From: Mageeibacillus sp. UBA5734
Lineage (GTDB): Bacteria; Bacillota; Clostridia; Saccharofermentanales; UBA5734
Direction: 5' to 3'
DNA: 64,000 bases
NCBI GenBank assembly: GCA_002419365.1
Contig: DIGA01000060.1
Location: 3,499 to 67,498, forward strand
A program made the translations under genes and the position numbers. The stretch's first letter is position 1. Each line of letters starts with the position of its first letter. Below the pieces are notes generated by a model. The model ran no database searches and had not been told where the DNA came from. It saw only the letters and a program-made list of their open reading frames with translations. This document shows, piece by piece, positions 63,373-64,000 of this stretch.

Positions 63373-64000
63373 TTACGTCTGGCGGAAAGTCAGCCGGGCC
63401 CGGAAAGCAGGCGATACCTGGTCAGCGAACAGGCCTTCGACCAGGATGGTCGCGCCACCAGACTCCGGACTTGGAGAGACATCAAGGTAAGACCGATCGC
63501 CGGGACGGATTTCCGCCAGATACTGGATATCGATGGCGGCAAGATCGAGCGGACGGGTCTCAGAACCGAGTAACTGCCCTGGTCCATTCCGGAAATAGGC
63601 ATAAGCGGCATCCATGCTCCAGGCGACATAATGCGTGTTGTTGACATGGTGATTGCGGTCAATGGCGGAAAAATCGGCAAACTTGACCAGCAATGGTTCT
63701 GAATCGGCAACAAGGTCCCTGGGGAGGGCTGGTTCGATTTTTACGCAGGCAAAATCGAAGGCTTCGGGGATTTCCAGAGCGACTCCCTGAAGGCCGGCAG
63801 GCCCCAGGACCACGTCCGGACGCTGCGGCCGATGATCCGATTTACGCGCCACGAGCCATTCCGAAGTGGCCCGGCCGATCGGCTCGGAGTCGGGAGATCC
63901 GGCCAGCAGCTGATAATCGCGCAGGAACAGGAGTTTCTTCACGCCACGGCTCCAGGTCCTGATCCAGACCTGTTCACCCCAACGGGGCAAGCGGTCGAGG
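63373..64000 (-). CDS. Acyl-ACP thioesterase (5' end outside the window)
   Basis: PRWGEQVWIRTW and NHHVNNTHYVAWSMDA motifs typical of the acyl-ACP thioesterase hot-dog pair. The reading frame stays open to the window edge. Confidence 0.75.
   Translation of the reverse strand, partial: LDRLPRWGEQVWIRTWSRGVKKLLFLRDYQLLAGSPDSEPIGRATSEWLVARKSDHRPQRPDVVLGPAGLQGVALEIPEAFDFACVKIEPALPRDLVADSEPLLVKFADFSAIDRNHHVNNTHYVAWSMDAAYAYFRNGPGQLLGSETRPLDLAAIDIQYLAEIRPGDRSYLDVSPSPESGGATILVEGLFADQVSPAFRARLTFRQT

Overview
The window looks like a chromosomal segment of a Gram-positive bacterium, roughly 57-60 % G+C from hand counts of a few lines. Supporting signs are AGGAGG-type ribosome binding sites (RBS), lipoprotein lipoboxes, a sortase-type sorting signal and a perfect CtsR operator. 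A Clostridia-like Firmicute is my guess only.

I support about 51 protein-coding genes. I found no rRNA, tRNA, CRISPR array, transposase or integrase.

Gene content from left to right:
- ccdA and an L,D-transpeptidase.
- A low-GC segment of about 4.7 kb carrying a GT2 / SAM-methyltransferase / YfhO-like surface-glycosylation operon, plus an hsp20 gene with a CtsR operator.
- pdxA, metQ-metNI, glf and osmC.
- A divergent LysR / YeiH pair, then dinB.
- A 1,997-aa wall-anchored protein containing eleven near-identical 348-bp tandem repeats.
- A MecA_N-type penicillin-binding protein (PBP).
- An Opu-type osmoprotectant ABC operon bracketed by two copies of a 31-bp palindrome.
- An NfeD-stomatin pair.
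- An nqrBCDEF-like operon with no nqrA and one extra unknown ORF.
- A MacB-type ABC transporter whose fused FtsX permease (1,269 aa) carries a coiled coil of about 450 aa.
- ackA, a DUF503 gene, and cimA-leuB-ilvD-ilvB.
- An ABC-F ATPase and a DagK-like lipid kinase.
- A co-directional run of about 11.6 kb: GldA/F/G-like ABC system, DUF4340 protein, membrane-anchored beta-rich protein, PepF, CYTH protein and two flavoproteins.
- A partial acyl-ACP thioesterase gene at the right edge.

The candidates I rank highest for something not yet described are:
- the NqrA-less Rnf/Nqr hybrid operon;
- the mosaic repeat adhesin and its terminator-containing leader;
- the giant coiled-coil FtsX permease;
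- the palindrome-bracketed opu cassette;
- the CYTH / flavoprotein / flavoprotein triplet.

All functional calls rest on motifs I could read in the translations, not on database searches.
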